Of a DNA stretch of 64,000 nucleotides, positions 1-13,000 are shown one piece after another. Below the pieces are notes generated by a model that was not told the origin of the DNA, searched no databases, and was given only the letters and a program-made list of their open reading frames with translations. Origin of the DNA: Macrostomum hystrix (Eukaryota > Animalia > Platyhelminthes); contig CATNEN010000038.1 of the NCBI GenBank assembly GCA_950097015.1, positions 9,114,001 through 9,178,000 on the forward strand, given 5' to 3'. How positions within the stretch are numbered: the stretch's first letter is position 1; each line of letters opens with the position of its first letter. A program made the position numbers and the translations under genes.

Positions 1-314
1 GAAAAGGTGAGTGAAAACGCCACCCACCTCTCCATAAGCTCATTCTAGCGCTACACCCCAGCCAGCTGCGCACACCAAAACTGCCTGGCCTGCCCTGGTC
101 TCTCATGGCAACCAGAATGAGCGGGTTTGTGAGAGAGCCAGAGTGCGGGAGAGAGAGAAATTCACCAGAGTAGAAAGGCCACAATTCCGTCTGGTAGAAC
201 GCTCAAGGGACCACATTTCTTAAGAAAGTTATCAGTTGTCTATTATAGCTGGCAAATCGAGAGCTTGAACAATCGAATTAGAATTATCGCCTAGGTTTAT
301 CAGCAAAGCCAGAC

Positions 315-1690
315 ATGCAGTCGCTGACTCCGGCCCAGATCTCAGAGTACCAGGAGGCCTTCAACTTGTTCGACAAGAATCGCGACGGAAAGATTAGTCC
401 GGCTGAGCTGGGCGTCGCCATGCGAAATTTGGGACAAAGTCCCACGGAGGCCGACATTCAGGTAGCCAATAAAAGCGGATCTAATGATGAATTTGAAAGT
501 TAGTAAACTCGAATGGAGTCATTTTTACAGTCTGAAGGACTGGGCCAGTGATGGTAGCATTGTGAAGGACTGGGCTAGTGATGGTAGCATTTTGAAGGAC
601 TGGGCTAGTGATGGTAGCATTGTGAAGGACTGGGCTAATGATGGTAGCATTGCGAAGGACTGGGCCAATGATGGTAGCATTGTGAAGGACTGGGCCAGTG
701 ATGGTAGCATTGTGAAGGACTGGGCTAGTGATGGTAGCATTGTGAAGGACTGGGCTAATGATGGTTGCATTGGGAAGGACTGGGCCAGTGATGGTAGCAT
801 TGTGAAGGACTGGGCTAGTGATGGTAGCATTGTGAAGGACTGGGCTAATGATGGTTGCATTGGGAAGGACTGGGCTAATGATGGTAGCATTATGAAGGAC
901 TGGGCTGATGATGGTAGCATTGTGAAGGACTGGGCCAGTGATGGTAGCATTGTGAAGGACTGGGCTAATGATGGTAGCATTGTGAAGGACTGGGCTAATG
1001 ATGGTTGCATTGGGAAGGACTGGGCTAATGATGGTAGCATTGTGAAGGACTGGGCTGATGATGGTAGCATTGTGAAGGACTGGGCTAATGATGGTAGCAT
1101 TGCGAAGGACTGGGCCAGTGATGGTAGCATTGTGAAGGACTGGGCTAGTGATGGTAGCATTGTGAAGGACTGGGCTAATGATGGTTGCATTGTGAAGGAC
1201 TGGGCTAATGATGGTTGCATTGTGAAGGACTGGGCTAATGATGGTTGCATTCTGAAGGCTAGGCTAGTGTAGATAGTATTATTAAACATTCTTTTAACTT
1301 TAAGGAACCTCCATTTGTCAGAGCCAGATTATACTGGGAATCGATGAAAGAATTCGCTGACAAATGCCTTATTCACCGCAGAAAATGATCAGCGATGTGG
1401 ATCACAAGAAGAACGGCTACGTTGAATTCGAAGAATTCGTCGAAATGATGGAGAAGAAGAAGCGAGAATCCGACACCGAGGACGAGCTGAGGAAGGTGTT
1501 CAAAATATTCGACAAGAACAATGACGGCAAGATCAGCGCTGAGGAGTTGCGGTATGTTATGAACAGCCTGGGGGAGAACCTCACCGAGAACGACGTCAAT
1601 GAGATGATTCGCCAGGCGGACAAGAATCAGGACGGCTTTGTGGACTTCCAGGAGTTCAAGCTGCTGATGGACACCCTCGGTGGTATTTAA
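315..1690 (+). CDS. Calmodulin-like EF-hand protein, 2 exons (315-461, 1382-1690), ~151 aa
   Basis: Exon 1 ([49 protein letters not shown]) ends at CAG|GTAGCC, phase 0. Exon 2 starts after ccgcag| with [19 protein letters not shown]. Four EF-hand loops: [48 protein letters not shown]. Too divergent to be canonical calmodulin. Confidence 0.92.
531..1260. repeat. 30-bp minisatellite (tgtgaaggactgggctagtgatggtagcat), ~24 copies, intron of calmodulin-like gene
   Basis: Directly visible tandem array; explains ORFs 484..1272 and 525..1289. Confidence 0.97.
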
Positions 1691-2612
1691 CTAACCGCAA
1701 TCAGTTTCTCGTACGTACGGATCCTGTCACAGACGCGATTCTTGTATTCTCTATTCAACATAAAACTTTTTACTGATAGCTGGGCCTAGGCACCTCTTCG
1801 CTGGCGCACAGCAATGTGTACAAGGCTGATGTACCAATTGTAGGACTCCTAAAAGTGCAGCGTCCACCAATTGTGTTGCACTTGTCTCGTTTTCAGCTAA
1901 ATCATCTAATCGATTGAATATTTCTCTGTATAGAAAATTTACCGTTATATTTTCTCTATTTCTCTATTTGGTCTGTCCCCTTTTCTTTGACTCCATTTCG
2001 ATAGAAGCTGAACTGTTCTTGTGCGAAACTGTAACTTATCAAGGCCTGCCATTTATTTGAGTTTTAAATTGACAACAAATTGGTATGTTTGTCGTGTCTA
2101 ATATATTGCAGCCCATAATATTAAATTTCTTTTTCTACTATTTTATTTTTTCCTTTTTCATTAGAACAAATGCATTATTGCTATGACGTACTCAGGAGAA
2201 ACAAGAGGCGGTTTGGAGTCCAATGCGTTGGACGACATACGCTGCGGACATTCTCCTGGGTAAGTCTGTAACTTTATTTTTATTTCCTGGTTACTTCTGG
2301 CAATCAGTAGGTATATGACCCATTTCTGTTAGCATTGTATTCTCTATTAATGTTATCGCAGAATAAATATAAGCAGCTGAATATCACTCGCAGTCAAAAC
2401 TATTTCTATGAAAGGCTGTATTTGTTTGCTTCGTAGAAATGTTTTCGACATCTCGCATGAAGACAATGAAAGGGTTTTCGCGCAGAAAGAAACAATTTCA
2501 ACAGCAACGCGCACTTTAAAGTTGATGCGGCGTTTTCCATGTATTTTCATGTTGGCCAATATAAAACTTTCATATACTACTTAAGATAGGGTGGTTAAAA
2601 ATTTGCATAAAA

Positions 2613-3259
2613 TGAGATCAGGGATCGGAGATCAGGGATCGGAGATCAGGGATCGGAGATTAGGGATCGGAGATCAGGGATCGGAGATCAGGGATCGGAG
2701 ATCAGGGATCGGAGATCAGGGATCGGAGATCAGGGATCGGAGATCAGGGATCGGAGATCAGGGATCGGAGATCAGGGATCGGAGATCAGGGATCGGAGAT
2801 CAGGGATCGGAGATCAGGGATCGGAGATCAGGGATCGGAGATCAGGGATCGGAGATCAGGGATCGGAGATCAGGGATCGGAGATCAGGGATCGGAGATCA
2901 GGGATCGGAGATCAGGGATCGGAGATCAGGGATCGGAGATCAGGGATCGGAGATCAGGGATCGGAGATCAGGGATCGGAGATCAGGGATCGGAGATCAGG
3001 GATCGGAGATCAGGGATCGGAGATCAGGGATCGGAGATCAGGGATCGGAGATCAGGGATCGGAGATCAGGGATCGGAGATCAGGGATCGGAGATCAGGGA
3101 TCGGAGATCAGGGATCGGAGATCAGGGATCGGAGATCAGGGATCGGAGATCAGGGATCGGAGATCCGGGATCGGAGATCAGGGATCGGAGATCAGGGATC
3201 GGAGATCAGGGATCGGAGATCAGGGATCGGAGATCAGGGATCGGAGATCAGGGATCGGA
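2613..3259. repeat. 14-bp tandem repeat (agggatcggagatc), two related 7-mers
   Basis: Near-perfect array between the convergent calmodulin-like and Lbx genes. Confidence 0.97.
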
Positions 3260-3411
3260 AATGCCTATCGAGTCTATTTTTTAACTAACGGAGTCAACCC
3301 GACGCAAGCCATATTTTGCAACGACCATAACTCATAAAATTTTCTGCGACACTGGGAGGTAGATTTTTTTTCATCTTGCTACATCTAATCTTTGTCAGTG
3401 TTTGTCTCTCT

Positions 3412-4113
3412 CTAGCAGGCAGTGTGATCTCTGCTATCCTGCAATACCAACTGCTTCTCGCTGTTAGCTTTCGCTGCGATTCGCTTGACTTTAGCTCGCC
3501 TGTTCTGAAACCAGGTTGTGACTTGCGACCCGCTGAGGCCCAGCTGGCTCGCCAATGCGTCTCTGCGCTGCACGCTGAGGTACCTGTGCTGACAGAACTG
3601 CCTCTCCAGAGCCGCTAGCTGCGAGGTCGTGAAGGTTGTCCTGCTCTTTCTTCGCTGGCGCCCGCCTCTTGCTGAAGCCGCAGCTGACGCTGACGCTGCT
3701 GAAGTTCTGGAAGGTGCGGCTGCTCGGCCAGCTGACGATGACAGAACCGCCGCTATGGAGAACGCAGCCTGCCACGGCCCTGTGACGGATTGGTTCGAGG
3801 GTCTCATTCAGACCAGTTTAATAGCATCAGCAATCGTAGCTTCGCACAGCAAGCAAACATTAGAGCACAGTTTCAATAGGGCGTGCTCACCGCTTGCTCT
3901 GAGTCCATGGCTGCGAAAGCCAGTAAGAGTCTCGGCAGTAAGCCGCATGAGTCGGTCAAGTGGCGACAGACCATCGGAAGCCTCCATAGATGGAGCGGTG
4001 CCGACGGCATTTTCTGCCTGGATAGGGCCATTTGATTTGTCTCCACCGCAGCAGGAGGAAGCGTCGAGACCTTCGTCGAGTGGCAGGATGTCTTTAATGA
4101 GAAACGACCTCAT
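3412..4113 (-). CDS. Lbx: Ladybird/Lbx-like NK-class homeobox transcription factor, 2 exons (4113-3891, ~3779-3412)
   Basis: Exon 1 has an eh1 motif (SFLIKDIL) and [16 protein letters not shown], resembling the Lbx SPLCALEELASKTFKG motif; phase-1 donor G|GTGAG at 3890. Exon 2 homeodomain RRKSRTTFT...[15 protein letters not shown] has Thr47 and RRAK, typical of Lbx. The acceptor cacag| at 3780 is phase-compatible; a second compatible acceptor lies near 3732. Confidence 0.82.
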
Positions 4114-4644
4114 TTTTGTCTTGAAGCAACATGCAGCGGCACAAATCGTGACGATATATAGCTGGAGGGAAACTCGATGCCCAGTTAATTTTCTGTCACT
4201 GCCTGGGCAATGACAGCTGCCCGATTTGTCTGCATGTGCGCTAATATACACACTGGGCGGTAGTTTGCAGTCTCGTGTGAACCTCCGGAGACCTTCAAGA
4301 CCTGCGTGGCCCGGGCCGGATTGACGGATGTGAATGGTGATGCGCAGCGAATCCGGTTCGCAGCGATTGGGCGAAATTGGGTTTGACTTGCTGGTTTTTA
4401 AAGAAAGTTTTTTTAATTGCAAATTTCCCTTCTTTGTTTTAGATCAGCGATGTTCTTAATCATTCTTCGTTACAGCGCGCGTGTCTCCTCATGGGAGCGG
4501 AATGAGAAACGAAACAATTGTGTTTGAACTTTTTTCGAAAAAGTGATGGGTTGTGTACTTGAAAAATAATCAAAACAGCATTTGCAAAACAGTGAACATT
4601 GTGATTTAATTTTAAAATATCATTCTAGAGACAGTCTGTATGAT

Positions 4645-4690
4645 TGGGCAAGACCTCCCCAGTCCATGGACTGAACAGTTGTAGCTTATT
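4645..4690 (+). mobile_element. Fragment of SINE family B (3' body)
   Basis: cccagtccatggactgaacag matches the family B copies at 32752-33042 and 47125-47334. Confidence 0.6.
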
Positions 4691-7018
4691 GCACTTCCAA
4701 CGAATCAAGATTTATTCTAGACGATGGCTTCTTACATAGTTGGTTCTTTAGTGACGTTTCGGCCATGCTTCGGTGGGACTATTATACCCACCGATTACTT
4801 GTTAAAATTTGAGTAAGTCCGACACAATACTAAATACTACTCTTGTCCATGAGAATCTGTGATTTTTTGTCAACATAAACGCCGTGATAATTTATTTTTG
4901 TAATTAATTTTTCAGCCTACAAATGCAGCAGATTTTACGGCCCAATTAATCAAAAACGCGGTCGAAAACAAGAGGCAGCAAATGCTTTGCTCGCTGCTTT
5001 ACTGTTTTTGTCGACCTGCCCCTACAGAATGGTTTACTCTGCGCTGTAAATTACCGAGGAAGCTATTCAGTTTAATTATCTCTTTAGCTATAGCTAAGGC
5101 CGCTCTAAAAGGCATTATATTAGAAATAAGTTACGAAACAAATGATGAAGTTCACTGCAGGGTTGTGCTGTACTCTTTTTCAGCTAACAAATGTTAACTT
5201 GCATTATTAGCACGAGCGTTCCGAGACCAGTTTTAGCAGAAGGTTACAACTATTGTCACAGCTATACCTTCAGCGATCTGCTAAGCAGTTAAAGCAACAA
5301 CCATATTATTCTTTCACTGATAAGCAGCACTTTACTTAGTACCTGAGCTAAGGTATCGAATAGGCTTCAATGTAATGCTAGGAAGATTCCTGTTTTACTG
5401 GTAGGTAGTTAAGGAGTATCGTTACCACAGCCGTTTGCTGATCATAAATCACTGTTAGAAATTATCGGACCTTAGCTATAGCATCGCACCGATCATTGTC
5501 CTAATTCCAACCATGCGTTCCGCAGCTGTGCAGACCTATAGTCATACACTAATTTCTTCACCATAGCGGATGTAGGCAGACGAGCTTGATCAACGACTGT
5601 CATTTGTACTGCTACCAAATTGGCCGTTTTGCGAAATGAACGATCCTATGAAGGCATGCTATATAGCATGGTCTAGCTGCGTTCAATTGACTGCCTTTTA
5701 AACACTTGGCCACATAAATGAGCAAAACTTTTTTTCTAAATGTGTTCTTCTCGGCCGTTTTCCGAATACTTTTGACAAGCAATAAGTAAGAGACATATCG
5801 ACGATCAATGAGCTGGTAATTTAGTCTATATCTCGTACACTGTCTTTAAAAACAGATCACATCAGTTTGGCTTCGAAGAAAAGCAACAACAGCAGTTGGT
5901 ACTCGTATTACATTTATATACATGTATGTCTATAAAACGAATGGAGCTGTGGGCTCAACATTTAGATCACTGAAAGGTCAATAGTCAAATCGATTTACAA
6001 GTGCCAACTGTCAGATGTATCAGATCAGGTGCGAAACGTTTTTGAAGGGCAGTCAGTAAATTTCATCGTATTGACAGGGATTTCTAGCAGTAACTGCTCG
6101 CTCCAATCCCCTTTTCGAATGGCGCTCCCCCATATGAGCCAAGCTGCCTGAGTAGATAGACTTTCCGTAGAAAGTGCTAATTTCCTGTAGCGATTGCTGC
6201 TCGCCTGACCCTGCTGACGGCTGCGGCGAGGCCGCTTGCAGATGCTTGTCGAAAATGAGGCCAGGTCAGGGAGGTTATCAAGAAGCCCAAATTGTCTAAT
6301 GCATCTGATACAAACCTACATGTGTGATCAAAACTGGCTTAAAATGAGAGCTCAATAACCTTTGGTGAAAAAATGTAATTTTGTACATTGACTTTGTCTA
6401 ATCGTTTTAGTAAAACCCGTCATAATGCAATTATTTAAACAAGTTTACTAAGCTTAAATTACTAACTACAAAAAAATATAAAAAAGCAACTTATTTTTTA
6501 GAAGTTTTACAGTTATCAAATATCTTTTGGAATGTTAATGAAACATGTTGCACGGTTTTCTAACAGTTCATAGAAAACAAAATTGATTTTCTGAATAAAA
6601 AAAAATATCATCGTCTGGTTTAAGGCCCTGGCATATACATTTGTGCTTAACTGTTTTAGTTGTACTGCAAATCGTTATTGCTCAACTTTCATTGCTGCTG
6701 CTTAGAAAAATTACTTTAGCGTTATTGCTGTTATCTTAACAGTCAGTTGAAAACTTGACTACTCATTAGTTGGTTCCGTATGCTTTGTTGGATTGTTTTC
6801 CAGAAATTCCAGCACATGCTCTGCAGCACAAGTTCCAGCGCAAGTCTTTCAATTGGGATATTTTATTAGTAACTAATTATATAGAAACATACCTTTATGA
6901 GCATACTAGTCAGCCAGTTTCTCTTAAGCATTGGACAGTAGTTAGGCCTACTAGTCTAACACAAGTTAGATATTGCCATTATAGGGATAGGTGATAGGGA
7001 TAGTTAATGAATTTTAAT

Positions 7019-10000
7019 ATGTCGGCAGAAATTGATACTTCACGTCTGCCTTTAGATGTCAGAGCTAAACTTGCTGAGTTGGAACTTGAGCTCTCTGATG
7101 GTAAGTATCTAGCTTTACATAATAGCGACATCTGTTGTATTAAAAATTGAATCAAATGTGTAAACTGTCAATCTTCACTTTTTCATTTTTTATTCTTTAT
7201 TAGACTTATGAGCTAAATAAGGACTTTTAATTTCTAAGCAATAGTTTCTATTGCTAGCTATCTATTGGTTCTGTATATATTTATACAGATCATAAATCAC
7301 TATAAATGATTTATATCATTTTTAAGCTTTCTAAGCTTTTAAAGCCTGCACATTTTTAATTTATATACAGTTTTATGCTTAAATTTGTGGTAGCTAGGTC
7401 TAGTCTATGACTTGATGGTTCTGGATGATATCGTTTTCTTTTAGACAACTTCTCAGTAAGAGTCATAGTCATAGTCTTGAGTCAGAGTCAAGAGTAAAAA
7501 AGGCAGTTGCAGTTGTAGACACTTGTCTAGCACATTTTTATCAGTTTAGTTTCTCATGACTTGCAGTAGAGCACAGAGCAGCAGCATGAGCGCAAAATTT
7601 TAGAGCCTATAGTCCAGAAGGTGGCCTGTTAGCCAAACCAGTTCATCAATTGTGTCTTCAATAGTTCTTTGTGTAAACTTGGCATATATTCTTACATGTA
7701 AATCAAGTTGGTGTACAAACTAGTTTCAATCTGGCATATAAAACTTATAGTTAAGCTAATCACTTGATATATATCAGTACTGAGTTGCAAGTGAACTTAC
7801 AAGACAGTTAAATAATGTAAAAAGGATTCTTGCTTTTAAATATAATCAAGTAGGCCTAGTTTTTAATATTTGCATAATTAGGGTAAACAAATATATGCTA
7901 CACTTTTATTAAAATAAATCTTTATAATATAGTTTTAATGCATGCTATTTAAAAAAGTTTCTTGCTTTTGTTAATTTTATTTTTCAATATAGTTTTTGTG
8001 AATTGGCATATTGGTGTACACTTTAGGAAAAATTTTGGGAGTTGGTGTACAATAAGAACTTCTTGGCATATAATTAAAAATATACCATGATATACCATAA
8101 TATACCATTATACCATGACCCAGACTGTAGAACAGAGGAAATGTATTGACCCAGAATGTTATTAGCTTGGCCTACCACTCTTTTGAGCCACAATTTTATA
8201 GTTCCCAGTGTACATCCACAAACTTGGTTTAAAGCTTCCAACAAGAATTAAAAAACCAAGTCTTCTAAGGAGTGTTGACTTGATATAGCAATTTTTAAAT
8301 AAAAAAGATAAGCTATGTAGTCATGACTAGCCTATCTAGCTTGTAGCTTAATTCTAGATCTTAGTATGATTTTTTAGAACCTTTTCTAACCTCAAAGTCC
8401 AACTAAAGAAATAAACTTTTGCTGAGATGCTGTATAGAATGATTTGACTAAATTTTATATTTTTTAGGGGGTGAGTAGTGGAGCAGCTTACACATTTGCC
8501 TCTTGCACCAAGGTCCCTGAGTTTGATTCTGCTGCGAGGCCACATTCATTTGGGGTGCACCTGCAGAGAGAAGGCTTGGATTTTGTTGCAATTTACGCCC
8601 TTGTGGGCCAAACTCCAAGGCATAGTGAAGTGTACACTGCCTGACATGTGTGAGTGTGTCTGCTCAGGATTCAGCAAAATGGGCAGAACTGCCTTCCAGC
8701 TGGCTGCGGGTCTAGTGTCACCAAATAATGTGCCCTTATCTATACTTCCATGTAAAGTTTAGACTAGCGACTAAATAGACACCAAAAAATTATCTAATAC
8801 AAACATTAAAATAGACACTATTTTATGTTTCATTTCTTCTCACATGTATATAGCTACTTTATGCCCTTGCTATTTCTAATTCGTGCTTAAAGGGGCTTAT
8901 TGCGCAATTCTTAATGTAAATAAAAAGCAGATTTTTTGTTTTAATAATCTGTCAATATTTGAATTTATCGCAGGTGACATCACACAGAAAGGCTACGAGA
9001 AGAAGCGGGCCAAGCTCCTTGATCCCTTCCTAGGCAGGCACCTGCCGGCCGTGTCAGAGTCCCAGTCTCGACCGAAGGACGCCAGCCCGGATGACAGCAG
9101 CGGCGGCAGTCCGCGGATTCGCCGACCGCGGCATCACCGGCGCGACGATCTGCGCTACCAGTCGGACATTCGCACTGAGGCTGTACAGGCGGCGCTAGCC
9201 AGGCACCGTGAGAGCGCCGACCCCACTGTGGGTGGCGGCGAAGCCAGAGTTCACGTTGGCGGTACTGCGATGCCACTGCCGGCTGTGCGACGAAATCCGT
9301 CCTCGGCGATGACGCAGTCGGCTACAGCCGCCGGCGCTGCGGGCTTTGCTTTGGCTGCCGACAGGGAGCATTGTGAGTTGATTTCTTGGATTTCAAATTA
9401 TACTTTTTGATTCTTGAATTATCTATCATCTTTGCACAATTTCTCAAATTTAGTTTAGGTATTTACTCAAATCCTAAAATAGGTTGTGTTCACTAATATT
9501 CTTAAAATCGTTCAGTTTGCTACTCAGAACCAATAGTTCGGCATTAACATCAATCCGTAAAATTGTACAGGTATTTACTCAGATCCCTAAAGTAGTTTAG
9601 GTACTCACTCAGATCCTCAAAATAGTTAAGATATTCACATAGATCCCTAAAGTATTTTAGGTATTTATTCAGATCCCAAAAATAGTTCAAATATTCACTC
9701 AGATCCCCAAAATAGTTCAGGTATTCACTCAGATCCCGAAATATTTCAGGTATTCACTGAGATTCTCAAAATAGTTCAGGTACTCACTAAGATCCCCAAA
9801 ATAGTTCAGGTATTCACTCAGATCCCCAAAATAGTTCAGGTACTCACTAAGATCCCCAAAATAGTTCAGGTATTCACTCAGATCCCGAAATATTTCAGGT
9901 ATTCACTGAGATTCTCAAAATAGTTCAGGTACTCACTAAGATCCCCAAAATAGTTCAGGTATTCACTCAGATCCCCAAAATAGTTCAGGTACTCACTAAG

Positions 10001-13000
10001 ATCCCCAAAATAGTTCAGGTGTTCACTCAGATCTCTAAAATAGTTCAGGTATTCACTCAGATCCCCAAAATAGTTCAGGTACTCACTAAGATCCCCAAAA
10101 TAGTTCAGGTATTCACTCAGATCCCCAAAATAGTTCAGGTACTCACTAAGATCCCCAAAATTGTTCAGGTGTTCATTCAGATCCCCAAAATAGTTCAGGT
10201 GTTCACTCAGATCCCCAAAATAGTTCAGGTATTCACTCAGATCCCCAAAATTGTTCAGGTATTCACTCAGATCCCCAAAACTGTTCAGGTACTCACTCAG
10301 ATCCTCAAAATATAAAATGATGCTCTGAAACATTCCAGGATTTATTTATTATCCAGTCCAGTTTTGGAGGACTAAAGGTGGTTTAGTAATGATTATTAAT
10401 AAACAGACAATGATGAAACCCTACTAATTGTGAAAGCTAATCTTATCATGGACCCAAAATTTTACTAAACTGGGGAATTGCAAGCATTGAAATGAAACGG
10501 AAACCCAAGCCTAAGGTCTATAAGTTACCCAAATTTTAGCTTCTAAAATAATGTCACTTAAATGTAATTCTAAGTTCGAATTTATTTAGACCACTAAAAC
10601 TATTCAAATAATTCTCGCATGTCCTTTTATATTTGATTCAATTTAAGTCTGCACAATCGGATTATTATACATATTATTATTAACTTAATATAGGCAATGC
10701 AGTCTTATTCTTAGTCTATAAAAGTATAAATTTAGCAGCCATTTGAAATACTTGTTTTAAAGTAAATTAGCTTTATCATACTGCTAATTTGCTTCTAGCA
10801 GCAATTTTAATGTATATTCCGATTGATGCACTCTGACACTTTGCAAGACTGACCCATATTGTTGTTGTCTAACTCTGGTGCATATTTTCACTGTCAAAAT
10901 CATGGACTCTTAGGAGCATTATAAAATTATTTATAGCTCGTAATTCATCTAACCTGAACACCTAAAACTTAAACCTGAAGCCCTTATCGTCCAACCTGAA
11001 CCTTCTGATTCTCTAACCTGAACCCTGAATGTCCAATCTGGACCCTGAATGTCCAACCTGAACCCTGAATGTCCAACCTGAACCCTGAATGTCCAACCTG
11101 AACCCTGAATGTCCAACCTGAACCCTGAATGTCCAACCTGAAACCTGAATGTCCAACCTGAACCCTGAATGTCCAACCTGAACCCTGAATGTCCAACCTG
11201 AACCCTGAATGTCCAACCTGAAACCTGAATGTCCAACCTGAACCCTGAATGTCCAACCTGAACCCTGAATGTCCAACCTGAGACCTGAATGTCCAACCTG
11301 AACCCTGAATGTCCAACCTGAAACCTGAATGTCCAACCTGAACCCTGAATGTCCAACCTGAACCCTAAATGTCCAACCTGAACCCTGAATGTCCAACCCG
11401 AACCCATGATTCCCATGCCTTAATTCCCAATTCCCAGACAGCGAAGAGGAGCTTTCATCTAGTGACGGCGACGACAACGATGAAGAAGTGCGCGTCAACA
11501 CCGCTGCGGAGGGCGACAACTCCACCTTGGACGACGCCTCTGTGGAGTCGTCAGTTACTTCGTCTTCCGCTGGTGCAGGCGGCGGGCATTCGCTGCCAAA
11601 ATCTGCGGCCGCTTCTGCTGCATCTGTTGGCGGCTCATCTAACGGAAGCGGCAGGCGGCAGCGGCAGCAGCCAGATCCTCCACCTCAGCAACAACAGCAG
11701 CCTGAGACCATTCAGGCCCATCCTCCAACATCCACCGGGTCATCATCCACTGGCCAATCAGTAGGAGGCCGATCTCACTACAGCTCTTCAGACACTTACG
11801 TAATCAAGGGCAACAACTACCTGGGCATGCCGAGCAATCAGAGTCGGTCTGCTGCTTCCGCCGCTCCGTCTGGCCCTTCGACTTCAGCCACCACTGTCGA
11901 AGCAACTGGCAGTGACCAGCGGCGACAACAGCAGCAACATCAGCGTCAGCAGCTACAGAATCAGCACTCGCAGTCATCTAGTCAACAACAAACTCCCCCA
12001 ATACAGCGTCAGACTCAAAGGCCGCCGCCACAGCAGCAGCAGCATCAGCAGCAACCTCGTCAGCAACCGCCGGATGTCACTTTAGCAGCGTCGGCAGTGG
12101 CGGCTTCGTCCGCAGTGGCACCGGCTCCTTCCGCAGCCGATCGCGGCGGGCCCTACGGACACTCGCGCACGTCGGCCAAGATTCAGCAGCTGGTGGCCAC
12201 GCTAGCCAGGCCCAAGCCGCGACAGGCTGGCGCATCCGCACCCGACGCCGCCGATGTTTCTATTGTTGGCGACGCGCCCGATGGTGCCGGCGGAAGCGAT
12301 TTGAATGCGCCCAGGCCGCAGGGCGAGGAGAGTCGGCCGGCGGTTGGCGAGTCGCTGGTCACAGGGCCCGGAGCGGCACCGTCGCTTGAGGAGGCGCTGA
12401 TGCGGATGGCCACTGGGCCGCAGGCTCGGGTTCAGGCCGTGGCCTGCCTTGAAGCCTCCGGCAAGCTGAGCTGCAGCCTGAGCTTCGCCAAGCTGCTCAG
12501 TCGTTCCAAGAAGCTGGCCTACAACCTGCTGAACAGGCTGGGCCACCGCGGCGACCTCAGTCTGAAGCCCGGCGATCGGTTGGCCATCGCCGTACCGAAT
12601 TCCGACCCGGTCAGCTTTGCCGTCGCATTCTTGGCCTCCCAGTTCGCTGGCCTAGTTCCAGTTCCGGTGGAGTCTCCGCCGCTTTGTGCCTCGGCTACAG
12701 GATTTCTGCTCAGCTCGCTGGACATTCGAGTGCTGCTCACCACGGAGGCTTTTGTGCGCACTGCGCCCAAGGCTGTAGCTGCCGCTGCCGCTGCTTCAGC
12801 TTCCGGTTCAGCTGGATCTTCTGCTTCTGGTCTGGGTTCGGATCAGGTGAGTTGTTTGCTTTGCATGACATCACCTGACTTCTCCATCTTCAGTTGTGAC
12901 CTCACCTGACCTCTCCCGATCTGTTTCGATCTCACCTGACCTTTCCACTTGTGTGATTGCCTCACCTGACCTTTCCACTAGTGTCATTGCCTCACCTGAC

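Noticed and set aside
484-1289. Long ORFs on both strands ([10 protein letters not shown] / [10 protein letters not shown] repeats) with an acceptor-like tttttacag at 530
   Set aside because: Product of a 30-bp intronic array. Splicing from the phase-0 calmodulin-like exon 1 would hit TGA within 7 codons, and the EF-hand protein is complete without it.
2591-3337. 248-aa GDQGSEIRDRRSGI repeat ORF
   Set aside because: Stop-free 14-bp repeat; no splice or composition support for coding.
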